From assembly GCA_900316455.1 (NCBI GenBank), contig ONCX01000001.1:76649-140648 (forward strand): a stretch of DNA of 64,000 bases. Direction: 5' to 3'. The notes beneath the pieces were generated by a model. The model saw only the letters and a program-made list of their open reading frames with translations, searched no databases and had not been told where the DNA came from. The DNA comes from an uncultured Eubacteriales bacterium (GTDB lineage: Bacteria > Bacillota > Clostridia > Oscillospirales > Acutalibacteraceae). This document shows, piece by piece, positions 51,031 through 61,183 of this stretch. The position numbers and the translations under genes were made by a program. Within the stretch, counting starts at the first letter, position 1, and every line of letters begins with the position of its first letter.

Positions 51031-51063
51031 TTTTACTTCCCCTTAGTCGTAATTAAGTTATAC

Positions 51064-51089
51064 GAGTGTGGAGTACAACCTCCACACTC
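51064..51089 (-). terminator. hairpin downstream of the carboxypeptidase gene (weak terminator)
   Basis: 10-bp stem gagtgtggag / ctccacactc with a 6-nt loop. No clear U run on the minus strand. Confidence 0.35.
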
Positions 51090-51118
51090 TTTAAACCTCA
51101 ACGCCCGAATCAGAATTT

Positions 51119-52546
51119 TTATTTGCGCGAGCGTTCCTCTATAGCTTTTATATAGTCTGTGAACCAGCCGTTTGTGACCGAGCGTATATCCTCCGTTGCG
51201 GTGATGGGATAATCAGCCAGCACAATTCCGTTTACCGAATAGCGCAGGTGTCCCACAACGTCGCCCTTGCACACAGGCGCATAGATAAACTCATCGCATA
51301 CAACCTCGCGCACAACGTCCTTGGTCTGCGTTTTCAATACATTAAATGTCGCCGCCGGTCTGCATTCGACATGAACGCGCTTGCGGTTGCCTCCCACTAT
51401 CGTAGAATCGAATGATGATACATCGGGATCTACATTCACCTGCTCATAAAGACTCTTTGCGTAATTGTAAAGGGTCTTGTGATCGTTCCAGCGGTTGAGA
51501 TTGTTGAGCGTGACGCAGACGAGATGAAGTCCCTCCTTCGATGTGACATGCGAAACAAGACACTGACCGGCAAGGTTGGTAACGCCGGTCTTTATGCCGT
51601 CGCAGCCCTCATAGCCGTATTGCTGTCCCTCAAGGAGATAATTGTGGGTAACAAGCATACGCCCTTTCGGCATTGGGAATTCATCATAATAAATATTCCT
51701 TGCCTTGAATCCCACAATTGCGCGGAAATCGGAGTTCTGCATGGCGTACCTTCCAAGAAGCGCCATATCGTACGCTGTGGAATAATGCGCTCCGTCGGAA
51801 AACTGATCCAGTCCCGACGGCGTGTCGAAATGAGTATTGAGCATGCCAAGCTGAGTTGCCTTTTCATTCATGAGCGACACGAACGCTGATATGCTTCCGC
51901 TCACAGCGACGGCGGCTGTATTCGCCGCGTCGTTTCCCGAATACATCATCATTGCGACGCATAGATCATGCATGGTTATCTTGTAGCCCGGTTTAAGACC
52001 TATCTGTGTGCCGTCGAGCAGCTGCATGCAGTCTTCGGTGACTGTGACGGTACGTCCTATATCGCCGCTTTCAAGCGCAAGTATGCACGTCATTATCTTT
52101 GTCGTACTTGCCATAGGTCTTTTCTGGTTCTCATTGACTCCGTAAAGAACCATTCCGGTATCGCAATCCATTATGACTGCCGAGCCTGCTGTTATTTTCG
52201 GAGTGCCGTCCTCATTAAGCTCTGTAGCGGTCTGTACCGCGTCCTCAACGTCATTCTCATTCACCTCGCCAACCTTGGGTCTGGTAGTCGTGGTGGTTGA
52301 CGTTTCTGAAGATGTTGTAGACGTTGTAGAAAATGTTGTGGAGCCGTTCTGAGAAGCTGTAGTGGATGTGGTGCGCTTTGAAGTCCTCATGTCATACGCG
52401 GAATTGCCCGAAGCGGGCAAGGTGTTTCTCTCCGCGCTGGCGGAAAACGCAAACGCGGTCACCATTAATGCCGAAATAATCAGCGCCGCTGTCTGTCTGA
52501 GAAGATTTTTTATATTGCCTTTTGAATTATTATATAAGGAATTCAT
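51119..52546 (-). CDS. D-alanyl-D-alanine carboxypeptidase (peptidase S11, PBP5-like)
   Basis: ASTTKIMT (SxxK), YSGNDAA (SxN), KTGVT (KTG). Signal anchor and a Thr/Ser-rich linker. Confidence 0.88.
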   Translation of the reverse strand: MNSLYNNSKGNIKNLLRQTAALIISALMVTAFAFSASAERNTLPASGNSAYDMRTSKRTTSTTASQNGSTTFSTTSTTSSETSTTTTTRPKVGEVNENDVEDAVQTATELNEDGTPKITAGSAVIMDCDTGMVLYGVNENQKRPMASTTKIMTCILALESGDIGRTVTVTEDCMQLLDGTQIGLKPGYKITMHDLCVAMMMYSGNDAANTAAVAVSGSISAFVSLMNEKATQLGMLNTHFDTPSGLDQFSDGAHYSTAYDMALLGRYAMQNSDFRAIVGFKARNIYYDEFPMPKGRMLVTHNYLLEGQQYGYEGCDGIKTGVTNLAGQCLVSHVTSKEGLHLVCVTLNNLNRWNDHKTLYNYAKSLYEQVNVDPDVSSFDSTIVGGNRKRVHVECRPAATFNVLKTQTKDVVREVVCDEFIYAPVCKGDVVGHLRYSVNGIVLADYPITATEDIRSVTNGWFTDYIKAIEERSRK

Positions 52547-52677
52547 TTATTACCCTGCCTTCATATTGATAAAAACACACGTTCAGTCATGTGTAGTCTT
52601 TGCCGACACGGGTCGAATATTCTTTGAGAACGTAAGGAGAATTAAGGCAAATATTTATATTTGTCATTCTCCCCCGA

Positions 52678-53199
52678 TTATTCAGATATTTCCTCATCGA
52701 GAGTCAAAGGCTCGGATTTTTCCGCCGTTTCCTTGGAAATCTCCGGCTCGTCTTCGTTTTTCTTTTCCTTTACTCCGGCGAGAAGGCTGCTCACCTGATC
52801 CACAAGATTGGGTATCATTCCAACCGCCTTATCGAGGGAATTCATATTGTTGTCTATCTGAAGCAGACGGACATTGGTGGGAGTTATCACAAGAAACGCA
52901 ACCGGCTGCACGGTGACTCCCGCGCCGCCGCCGCCCCCGAAGCAGCGGTGTCCCGATTTGCCGTCAAAGTCCGAGCCGCCGGAGGCAAATCCGTAGGACA
53001 TCTTTGAAATCGGAATTATTGTCGTATTCCCGTTGACAATAGGCTCGCCAACAATTGTTGAAACGTCCACCATTTCCTTAATTTTGGAAAGAGTGGTGTC
53101 CATCATGCCCTTTATGGGATGTATGGGATTCTTTGATTTATCCGCCGGTGTGTTTTCGGCTGTTTCAGCCGTTGGACTCTTTTTTTCTTCTGCGCTCAT
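52678..53199 (-). CDS. ytfJ: sporulation protein YtfJ (GerW family)
   Basis: VGEPIVNGNTTIIPISKMSYGFASGGSDF..GGGGGAGVTVQPVAFLV. Confidence 0.85.
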   Translation of the reverse strand: MSAEEKKSPTAETAENTPADKSKNPIHPIKGMMDTTLSKIKEMVDVSTIVGEPIVNGNTTIIPISKMSYGFASGGSDFDGKSGHRCFGGGGGAGVTVQPVAFLVITPTNVRLLQIDNNMNSLDKAVGMIPNLVDQVSSLLAGVKEKKNEDEPEISKETAEKSEPLTLDEEISE

Positions 53200-53237
53200 T
53201 TTGTTCAGACCTTTCTTTTATTTATTCGTTTATTGGC

Positions 53238-54107
53238 TTATTCTCCGGATTTTTCCTTTTTAAGCTTTGATGTAATTTTTATCTGTGATACCGCAAACTT
53301 AATCACAGCCCACAGCAGATTTCCCACCATAAGTATCGGGAAAAAAGTAAATTCTCCGATAAAAAATATCTTTATTCCCTCTCCGGCAAAATCGGGAATT
53401 ATCTCTATGTCCTTTGTTTCCGGCGAAGCGGGGTCGTAGCCGCGTGTGCTGCTCAAAAGGTATGACAGCGCCGGAAACGCCGCCGAGCATATCCTGCCGT
53501 AATTAATTGCCGTTTCCGCCGCGTCATCGCCGGATATGGAGACATGAAGCGTCAGCCTGTCTATCCTGATTCCGCGGTAAATCCTTCCGGCGGCGCCGCC
53601 GAGCATTTTGCCCGCGTCCGCAAAGAATTTCAGCGCACCGAAAAATCCCCGCTGTTCTCTGAGCGATCCGAAAAAGCTCTGCTTTTTCTTAGAATTCTTT
53701 GGCTGCGCCGGTTTCACCGGCTTCTTTTTTGGCTTGCGCCTTATTTTTGACCTAATCCACGCAAAGCCTTTTTTTATCCAGCCAAAAACGGCGGATACTG
53801 CCGTTTTAATATAATAAAGCACGCCCAGAAGGAACTTCCCGACAGCCGCCAAAGCCCTGAGGAATATCCCCCTCGGCTTTTCCGGCGGTTTTTCTCCGAC
53901 CGGATAAAAATTCAGAAACAGATACCTTATACTCAACGTGACCTCCGGCTCATACCTGACGTTCAGACGCACCGGAACGCACATCGCCGCAAGCAGCAGC
54001 AACAAAGCAATCAGCAGGATCCAGCCTGCCAGTTTTAAAATAAATCCTGCTATCCTGAATACAATCAAAAGCAACACCCCAAAAGCGCCTGTCTTCCGGC
54101 TCGCCAA
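53238..54107 (-). CDS. DUF2953 (YtfI-like) membrane protein
   Basis: N-terminal TM helices, basic linker, and a position directly upstream of ytfJ as in Bacillus/Clostridia. Confidence 0.6.
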   Translation of the reverse strand: MASRKTGAFGVLLLIVFRIAGFILKLAGWILLIALLLLLAAMCVPVRLNVRYEPEVTLSIRYLFLNFYPVGEKPPEKPRGIFLRALAAVGKFLLGVLYYIKTAVSAVFGWIKKGFAWIRSKIRRKPKKKPVKPAQPKNSKKKQSFFGSLREQRGFFGALKFFADAGKMLGGAAGRIYRGIRIDRLTLHVSISGDDAAETAINYGRICSAAFPALSYLLSSTRGYDPASPETKDIEIIPDFAGEGIKIFFIGEFTFFPILMVGNLLWAVIKFAVSQIKITSKLKKEKSGE

Positions 54108-54157
54108 GATAACGGAGAACGCCGGACAGTCAATATAATTTCACATATTACTCTTGT

Positions 54158-54718
54158 TCAGGCGTTCTCTATAGCTTCTTCTATGGTGATCTGAAGATTT
54201 GCCTGCGTTTCATCGGGTATTTCGGGAAGCTCGCCCATTGATTCCAGTCCGAAGCAGCGCATGAAATTCGGGCTTGTAGCATACTGCATTGGTCTGCCCG
54301 GAAGATCGAGCCTGCCGCGTTCCTCGATAAGTCCCCTCGCAAGCAGCGTGTTGACAACTCCGGAGCAATCCACTCCGCGAACGCGCTCTATGAAATTCTT
54401 TGTAACCGGCTCATTGTAGGCTATCACGGCAAGAACCTCCATCGCCGCGCCGGAAAGCGGAGCGTCCTTTTTCAAATCGAGCAGAGTGCGGATAATCGGC
54501 GCGAATTCGTCGCGGGTTGACATCTGATACTGACCGCCAAGCTTGACTATTCTGAGCGCGGAGCCGTTCTTCTGATAAAATTCGTTAAGCTCGCCGCACA
54601 CGCTGTCTATAGTATTTTTTTCCACGCCAAGCACTTCCGCCATTTTCTCACAGCTTACCGGATCGCCGCCCGCGAAGATCATCGCCTCTACTGTTGCTCT
54701 GAGTCCGATTGCTTCCAA
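54158..54718 (-). CDS. scpB: segregation and condensation protein B
   Basis: IEAMIFAGGDPVS..LSGAAMEVLAVIAYNEPVTK..IERVRGVD..L..RGLI. Confidence 0.9.
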   Translation of the reverse strand: MEAIGLRATVEAMIFAGGDPVSCEKMAEVLGVEKNTIDSVCGELNEFYQKNGSALRIVKLGGQYQMSTRDEFAPIIRTLLDLKKDAPLSGAAMEVLAVIAYNEPVTKNFIERVRGVDCSGVVNTLLARGLIEERGRLDLPGRPMQYATSPNFMRCFGLESMGELPEIPDETQANLQITIEEAIENA

Positions 54719-55428
54719 TTGCGTCCACCACTCTCATTTATCGTCATAATGTTGTTGTCGTCAATATTGACCTTCCGGCTGCGTATAAGATCCAGCACCG
54801 CAAGGAACGTCGCTATAAGCTCGCTGCGTGAATCGGCGCGTTCAAAGAGCGCTGAGAATTCAAGCCTTTTTGACCTGTAGATGCTCTTTAGCACGAACCC
54901 CACTCGCTCGGTGACCGACACTATTTTCTTCCCCACAATGGCGCGGAAGCTTTCCTTTGACGGCGGTTTTTTCCGCAGTCCCCTGCCTATCGCGTTGACA
55001 TATGCCCTCACAAGCTCCGCCGCGTCGTGTGAACGGCTGTAGGTCGGATCGTGGCTTATCTTCATTTCAGGACGTGTAAAGCCGTCGAAGCTGACCTTTT
55101 CCGCCAGTTTTCCAGCAATCTGCTTGCAGAGCTGATATTCTATAAGCTCGCCGCTGAGTTCCTTTTTTAATTCCTCGGCTTCTTCCTTGCGCGGCATGAG
55201 CATGGCGGTCTTGATGTAGACAAGCCTTGACGCCATAGTGAGAAATTCGCTTGAAACGTCCATATTCTCCAGCCGCATCATGTCGATGTGCGCCATGTAC
55301 TGCTCCAGAAGCTCCGCAACGGGAATATCATAGATATTCAGCTTGTTCTTTGAGATGAGAAAGAGCAGCAGATCGAGCGGACCTTCAAAAACGTCTAATT
55401 TATATGATATCTTATCGGTTCTTTCCAT
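54688..55428 (-). CDS. scpA: segregation and condensation protein A
   Basis: YKLDVFEGPLDLLLFLI..KLNIYDIPVAEL. Start at MERTDK (55428). Overlaps scpB by 31 nt. Confidence 0.9.
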   Translation of the reverse strand: MERTDKISYKLDVFEGPLDLLLFLISKNKLNIYDIPVAELLEQYMAHIDMMRLENMDVSSEFLTMASRLVYIKTAMLMPRKEEAEELKKELSGELIEYQLCKQIAGKLAEKVSFDGFTRPEMKISHDPTYSRSHDAAELVRAYVNAIGRGLRKKPPSKESFRAIVGKKIVSVTERVGFVLKSIYRSKRLEFSALFERADSRSELIATFLAVLDLIRSRKVNIDDNNIMTINESGGRNWKQSDSEQQ

Positions 55429-55454
55429 TGTCAAGATGCTCGCTTTGCCATAAA

Positions 55455-56159
55455 TTACGCAATTGTCAGTCCCAAAAGGTTGAACACCCAGTCCACGCCG
55501 CCGAGGATCCATTCAAAGAGCGAATATTCCACCCTCCACAGCGGACCGCTTATCAGCCTTATCAGCACGAAAAACACCACAAGATAAACGATGGGATTGA
55601 CACGACTGAGCGCGTGTTCTATCTTGTACATGAGCTTGTCGGGCATTATCCAATTGAGTATACGCGAGCCGTCGAGCGGCATTACGGGCAGCATATTGAA
55701 AACTGCAAGTCCGATATTCAGGATTACAATATACATCATGACATAGCTGAACGCAAAATAGAAATCCTCGCTCATTTTAAAGCAAAGTCCCGCACGGAAA
55801 ATCACTGCGCCTAAAATCGCCATGATGAGATTGGAAAGCGGTCCCGCAAACGCCACAAGCGCCATATATCCCTGTCTGCGCTTCTGATTGCGGAAGCGCA
55901 CGGGACTTACCGGCACAGGCTCCGCCCACCCGAATCCGATAAGGAACATAAGCAGAGCGCCGTAAAGATTGAGATGCGCCATAGGATTAAGAGTCAGCCT
56001 GCCGGCTCTTTCGGCTGTGTCGTCGCCAAGCGCCTTCGCCATAAGCCCGTGGGCGCATTCATGCACAGGCATGATAAATCCTAACATAAGCACCATAGTG
56101 AGCAGGTAAAGCAGCATTTCTCTTGTATCGCCTAATGTACTGAAAAAACCCATATTCAT
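55455..56159 (-). CDS. site-2 protease family (peptidase M50) membrane protein
   Basis: HECAHGLMA (HExxH) and NMLPVMPLDGSRI (NxxPxxxLDG). Confidence 0.8.
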   Translation of the reverse strand: MNMGFFSTLGDTREMLLYLLTMVLMLGFIMPVHECAHGLMAKALGDDTAERAGRLTLNPMAHLNLYGALLMFLIGFGWAEPVPVSPVRFRNQKRRQGYMALVAFAGPLSNLIMAILGAVIFRAGLCFKMSEDFYFAFSYVMMYIVILNIGLAVFNMLPVMPLDGSRILNWIMPDKLMYKIEHALSRVNPIVYLVVFFVLIRLISGPLWRVEYSLFEWILGGVDWVFNLLGLTIA

Positions 56160-56336
56160 ACCTTCCTTGACAGTTGAGAATCAGAGAAAATTCTCCGTAT
56201 AAATTGTTATTTGAAATATTATATAGTATGCAGCAAAAAAATTCAAGCATTATACTATGAATAATGCAATTATTGTATGTACTTCGCCGGAAAAATGCTG
56301 TATAATAAAATCATAATCATTCAGAGGTGAAGCGGA

Positions 56337-57203
56337 ATGCATGAGGTGCGCGCAAAGGGTTTACTTTCCCCAAAAAACGGAATGAACATATATCGCGGCT
56401 GTTCTCACGGCTGCATTTACTGCGATTCCAGAAGCAGATGCTACGGAATGACACATGAATTCGAGGATATTGAAGTCAAAATTAACGCTCCGGAGCTTCT
56501 CGAGCAGGCTCTCCGCAGAAAGAAAAACCGCTGCATGATCGGAACCGGCGCTATGTGCGACCCGTATCTGCACATCGAAAAGCAGCTGCGGTTAACACGC
56601 CGCTGTCTTGAAATCATAGACCGCTACAGCTTCGGACTTTCTGTCCTCACCAAATCAGACATGATACTCCGCGACCTCGACCTGATTAAAAGCATAAATG
56701 AAAAATCCAAGTGCGTCGTTCAGATGACGCTCACCACATACGACGAATCACTCTGCCGCATAATAGAACCGAATGTTTCTACCACAGCGGAACGTGTCAA
56801 TGTCCTGAAAATTATGAAAAATGAAAATATTCCCACAATCGTCTGGCTGTGTCCGATACTTCCGTTTATTAACGACACCGCTGATAATCTCACAGGAATA
56901 CTGAAATATTGCGCTGAGGCAGGAGTAAAGGGAATACTCTGCTTCGGCATGGGAATGACACTTCGCGAGGGTAACCGTGAATATTACTATGCCGCACTCG
57001 ACAGGCACTTTCCAGGGCTGAAAGAAAAATACGTCTCGCTCTATGGCAATTCATACGAGCTTGCCTCGCCGGACACAGCCCGCCTGATGAATATTTTCCG
57101 CGGCTTTTGCAGGGCGAACGGCATAATGTACCGTCAGAATGAAATATTCGCCTATCTCAACGAATTTCCGGACAGCAGCTTTGAACAGACGTGCCTGTGG
57201 TAG
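56337..57203 (+). CDS. radical SAM protein, SPL/SplB-like (COG1533) family
   Basis: YRGCSHGCIYCDSR (CX3CX2C near the N-terminus). 288 aa. Confidence 0.7.
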   Translation: MHEVRAKGLLSPKNGMNIYRGCSHGCIYCDSRSRCYGMTHEFEDIEVKINAPELLEQALRRKKNRCMIGTGAMCDPYLHIEKQLRLTRRCLEIIDRYSFGLSVLTKSDMILRDLDLIKSINEKSKCVVQMTLTTYDESLCRIIEPNVSTTAERVNVLKIMKNENIPTIVWLCPILPFINDTADNLTGILKYCAEAGVKGILCFGMGMTLREGNREYYYAALDRHFPGLKEKYVSLYGNSYELASPDTARLMNIFRGFCRANGIMYRQNEIFAYLNEFPDSSFEQTCLW

Positions 57204-57204
57204 C

Positions 57205-57996
57205 TTATTTTTTCCTGAGTACCGCCATCGCCGCGTAATGCAGTATTTCAAATCTTTCGGGGGCGCGTTCATTCAGCATTTGCCAGTGCTCCCGCTCCCA
57301 CGCGGCAAGCTCTTTATCGGAAAGCGACGCGCCTACGCCGCGGCAGGCTTTCATTCGCCCGTGCCAGCTCTCGCGGGTAAAGGGAACATTCAGATCGTAT
57401 TCCTCGTGAAATTCCATATCGAAATATTCATAAGCAATTTCCGGAACGCTTATCGGCTTCCGCGTCTCCCCCGCGCCCGTCCAGTCGGGACTGTATTTCA
57501 GTACAATTTCCTCGCTCGCTCCGGCTATGCCGTCCTCGAACGGCAGCCACGCCATGTAGAGAATAAGCAGCCTGCCCTCCGGTCTGAGCAATCCGTGCAG
57601 CAGCGGGATTACCCTGTTATGATCGAAATACCAGAAGCACTGGCACGCCGTTATCACGTCAAACGAGCTATCCGGAAATGACAGATTCTCCGCCGGAACA
57701 GCATAATAGCTTATGTCCATGCCCGCCTCGCCGGAAAGCCGCCTTGCGGCTTCAATCTGCTGTGGAGAAATATCCGTTCCTGTCCACTTCGCGCCAAACC
57801 TGTACATGTTGCGCGGCAGGACTCCTGTTCCCGTGCCAATGTCAAGAACATTCTGCCCGCTAACGCAAAGTCCGAGTCCGGTTATCTTCCTGTAGAATAT
57901 CTCCGGATAAATGTCTCTGAATTTTGCGTAATAATCGGAGGTTCTTCCCCAGTCGAATGCCCTTCCCCCGTCTATTCGTTCGTCCTTAATGTACAT
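57205..57996 (-). CDS. class I SAM-dependent methyltransferase
   Basis: VLDIGTGTGVLPRN motif I, DVITACQCFWYF. Confidence 0.8.
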   Translation of the reverse strand: MYIKDERIDGGRAFDWGRTSDYYAKFRDIYPEIFYRKITGLGLCVSGQNVLDIGTGTGVLPRNMYRFGAKWTGTDISPQQIEAARRLSGEAGMDISYYAVPAENLSFPDSSFDVITACQCFWYFDHNRVIPLLHGLLRPEGRLLILYMAWLPFEDGIAGASEEIVLKYSPDWTGAGETRKPISVPEIAYEYFDMEFHEEYDLNVPFTRESWHGRMKACRGVGASLSDKELAAWEREHWQMLNERAPERFEILHYAAMAVLRKK

Positions 57997-58021
57997 TTTT
58001 AATCACCTCGAAATACCAACG

Positions 58022-58061
58022 AAAAAGGCAGTCCGGTTAGAATCACACGGATTGCCTTTTT
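58022..58061 (-). terminator. rho-independent terminator after rseP
   Basis: aaaaaggcagtccg / cggattgccttttt (one G-U pair), with a U run on the minus strand. Confidence 0.7.
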
Positions 58062-58066
58062 TTACA

Positions 58067-59098
58067 TCAGAATAGCGACCATACGTCCTTTATGGTTATT
58101 ATGATCATCAGCAGAATAAGCAGGGCAAAGCCGACAAAATGCACTATTCCCTCTTTTTCGGGGTCAATCGGCTTGCGTCTGATACCCTCTATTATTACAA
58201 ACAGAAGCCTTCCGCCGTCAAGCGCCGGCAGCGGCAGCAGGTTGAATATTCCAAGATTGACGGTTATAAGCGCCATGAAGTTGATAATGTTGTTCAGTCC
58301 GTCCATGAAGCTGTATTTGAAGCCCGCCTCGGCAACCTGACCGATAGCGCTCGCCATTCCGACGGGACCGGACACCTCGTTGAAGCCGACACGTCCCGTC
58401 ACCATCATTATTATGCTCGAATAGATCATACGTACATAAGCATAGGTTTCTGAGAATGTATTTGAAATAACCGTCCATACATTCTTATCCACGCGCCTGA
58501 CCTTGAAATCTATTCTTGTTACAGGCGTGCCGTTGAAATCCTCCACTTCCATACGCAGATTGTTGAATTCAATCTTTTTGCCGTCACGCTTTACTGCCAT
58601 ATCTATAACTCCGTCCTTCGCCGTGGAAAGAGCAAAGCTGATATCCGTGGCGCAGTGAGTGCGGTAGCCGTTGATGGAATAAATATCGTCGCCCAATTGT
58701 ATTCCCGCGTTCACACTGGTGGAATCGCTAACGAGATAGGCTATCGTCGTTGAAGCGTAATAAGGCTGCTGCACCTGAATGACAAACATGAATACTATTC
58801 CGAGAATAATATTCATAAAGGCTCCGGCGGCGAGAATTATCCCGCGCTGCCACCATTTTTTATTATTCAGGGCGCGTTCGTCGTCGCTGTCCTCGTCCTC
58901 GCCCTCCATGGCGCAATAGCCGCCTATGGGAATGAGTCTGAGCGAATAGAGAGTCTCCCTGCCCTGTTTTGAAATAATTTTCGGACCCATGCCGAGCGCA
59001 AACTCATTTACCTTTACGCCGAATTTCTTTGCTGTGATAAAATGCCCGAATTCGTGTATTCCTATTATCATCGCAAAAAGAATAATGGCTATTATCAC
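58067..59098 (-). CDS. rseP: RIP metalloprotease RseP/RasP (M50 with PDZ)
   Basis: HEFGHFITA, central PDZ-like segment, NLLPLPALDGGRL. Confidence 0.88.
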   Translation of the reverse strand: MIIAIILFAMIIGIHEFGHFITAKKFGVKVNEFALGMGPKIISKQGRETLYSLRLIPIGGYCAMEGEDEDSDDERALNNKKWWQRGIILAAGAFMNIILGIVFMFVIQVQQPYYASTTIAYLVSDSTSVNAGIQLGDDIYSINGYRTHCATDISFALSTAKDGVIDMAVKRDGKKIEFNNLRMEVEDFNGTPVTRIDFKVRRVDKNVWTVISNTFSETYAYVRMIYSSIIMMVTGRVGFNEVSGPVGMASAIGQVAEAGFKYSFMDGLNNIINFMALITVNLGIFNLLPLPALDGGRLLFVIIEGIRRKPIDPEKEGIVHFVGFALLILLMIIITIKDVWSLF

Positions 59099-59141
59099 AG
59101 TAAGCGCAATGTATAATGCTGAAATATTGACCGCCCCCCGT

Positions 59142-60317
59142 TTATATGTTGCCCGACGCGCTCATTACATATTCCCGCGCCGCCTTATCGCATTCCAGCA
59201 CGTCCTCAACCGTAAAGTCATTAACCTGAGGCTGCCGCTCCATCGCTTCCCAGACATATTTGCCTATATCCAAAAATCCTATCTTCCTGTTGAGAAAAAG
59301 CTCCACTGCCTTTTCATTGGCGCCGTTCGCGGCAGCGGGCGCAAGTCCGCCCCTCCGCATTGCCTCCTTGCACGCGGCAAGGCACACAAACGTCTCAGTA
59401 TCCGGTCTGTAAAACGTCAGCTTGCCGACCTCGAAAAGATCAAGCGGCTTCGCCGGAGACGGTACGCGGTCAGGATAGCTTATCGCATATTGTATGGGGA
59501 TTCGCATATCCGGCGTTCCGAGCTGCGCTATTACGGAATTGTCGCAATATTCTACAGCCGAATGTATTATACTCTCTCTCTGTACAACCACTTCTATATC
59601 GTCAACGCTCTTGTTGAAGAGCCATGCCGCCTCGATCACCTCAAGACCCTTGTTCATGAGTGTGGCGGAATCAATGGTAATCTTCGCGCCCATGCTCCAG
59701 TTCGGATGCTTCAGCGCCTGTTCAGGCGTAACGTCGAGCAGCTCTTCGCGCTTCTTTCCGAAGAACGGACCGCCCGAAGCCGTGAGAATTATCCTGCGGA
59801 AAGCGTGTTCCCCAGGCGAGCCCTGCAAACATTGGAAAATCGCCGAATGCTCGCTGTCCACCGGAAGTATAGGCACGCCCTTTTTCTTTGCGGCGTTCAT
59901 GACCAGCTGTCCTCCGGCGACGAGAGTCTCCTTGTTGGCAAGCGCCAGATCCTTACCCGCTTCGATCACCGCGAGAGTCGGCACAAGTCCAACCATTCCC
60001 ACTACGGAATTCAGCACGACGTCGTTTGAATCGAGCGTTGCGGCTTCAATAAAGCCGTCCATGCCCTGAAGCACTCTTATCTGAGTATCTGCCAATTTAA
60101 TTCTGAGTTCGGCAGCCGCGGCTTTGTCCATGACTGCCACAACCTCCGGCTTGAATTCCCTCGCCTGCTTTTCAAGCAGTCCGATGCTGCGGTTGGCGCA
60201 GAGCGCGGTGACGTTAAGCCCCATGCCGCGAACGACGTCGAGCGCCTGAGTGCCGATAGAACCGGTAGAGCCGAGAATGGCGATGTTACGCCTCTTTTTA
60301 TAATTTTTCATATCCAT
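59142..60317 (-). CDS. dxr: 1-deoxy-D-xylulose-5-phosphate reductoisomerase
   Basis: ILGSTGSIGTQALDV, LANKE, DSEHSA, NKGLEVIEA motifs. Start is ATG 60317 or 60311 (track start GTG 60326). Confidence 0.93.
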   Translation of the reverse strand: MDMKNYKKRRNIAILGSTGSIGTQALDVVRGMGLNVTALCANRSIGLLEKQAREFKPEVVAVMDKAAAAELRIKLADTQIRVLQGMDGFIEAATLDSNDVVLNSVVGMVGLVPTLAVIEAGKDLALANKETLVAGGQLVMNAAKKKGVPILPVDSEHSAIFQCLQGSPGEHAFRRIILTASGGPFFGKKREELLDVTPEQALKHPNWSMGAKITIDSATLMNKGLEVIEAAWLFNKSVDDIEVVVQRESIIHSAVEYCDNSVIAQLGTPDMRIPIQYAISYPDRVPSPAKPLDLFEVGKLTFYRPDTETFVCLAACKEAMRRGGLAPAAANGANEKAVELFLNRKIGFLDIGKYVWEAMERQPQVNDFTVEDVLECDKAAREYVMSASGNI

Positions 60318-60327
60318 AAATTTCACC

Positions 60328-61179
60328 CTATTTAAGGATCGGCAATAAATAATTCAGCATGTAGAAAGTCGGACATACAAAAAGGACGCTGTCGAATCTG
60401 TCCAGCACGCCGCCGTGTCCCGGAAGCAGATTGCCGAAGTCCTTGATGCCGTACTGTCGCTTGACAGTGGAAAATGAAATGTCGCCGAACATTGACATCA
60501 GAATGCATACGGCGGTAATCGCCGCTAAATTGACATAATTGATTCCGTCCGGTCTGTAATTAAGCACGTCGGCATAGACATACGCCGAACAGACCGATAT
60601 TATCATGGAAATCACAAAACCGCCCACAGAGCCTTCAATTGTTTTCTTCGGGCTGAGAACCGGCGCCAGCTTGTGCTTACCAATAGCACTGCCCACAAAA
60701 TACGCGCCGCCGTCAGCGACCCACGAAACAAGCAGGCAGTATGTCACAAGTATAATTCCTATAATGTGGGATTCGCTCATAGTGAAATAAATAAGCTCCA
60801 CTGCCATGAACGGCAGCGCAACGAACATAGTAAGCACCATTGAGGTGCATACCGTTTCAATTCGCAGCACGGAATGCTTTTTCAGCAGAATGCCGAACAT
60901 CACAAAAAGATATATCATAGAAGCCGCCATAATAACGCCGTACATTTTAACCCTGTCTCCGATATAAGGCACAAGCAGCACTGTCACCCCGTACACGAAA
61001 CACGGGATATATATTAATTTCACCTTGTCTGCTCCGGCAGTCCTGAGCGCCTCATGTACGCCGATAAGACAAAGCAACAGCACAACGCAAGTGAGTACAA
61101 ACGGATAGTAACCGGCAGCCCACATTGCCCCAAGAGTTACAGGAATGCCCACTCCGGCGGTGATAAGTCTGGTTTTCAT
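60328..61179 (-). CDS. cdsA: phosphatidate cytidylyltransferase
   Basis: C-terminal signature SxxKRxxGIKDFGNLLPGHGGVLDRFDS. GGAGGTG SD before ATG 61179. Confidence 0.88.
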   Translation of the reverse strand: MKTRLITAGVGIPVTLGAMWAAGYYPFVLTCVVLLLCLIGVHEALRTAGADKVKLIYIPCFVYGVTVLLVPYIGDRVKMYGVIMAASMIYLFVMFGILLKKHSVLRIETVCTSMVLTMFVALPFMAVELIYFTMSESHIIGIILVTYCLLVSWVADGGAYFVGSAIGKHKLAPVLSPKKTIEGSVGGFVISMIISVCSAYVYADVLNYRPDGINYVNLAAITAVCILMSMFGDISFSTVKRQYGIKDFGNLLPGHGGVLDRFDSVLFVCPTFYMLNYLLPILK

Positions 61180-61183
61180 TTGC

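Noticed and set aside
58989-60029. 346-aa plus-strand ORF; similar long antisense ORFs at 59494..60069, 47559..48212, 31307..32008, 41425..42117, 43564..44166, 3390..4064 and 34711..35232
   Set aside because: Each lies opposite a gene with unambiguous family motifs (dxr, rseP, the 5S subunit, tldD, the debranching enzyme, LtaS, the LuxR-type gene, metY). Their translations are Arg/Leu/Ser-rich, as is typical of antisense frames.
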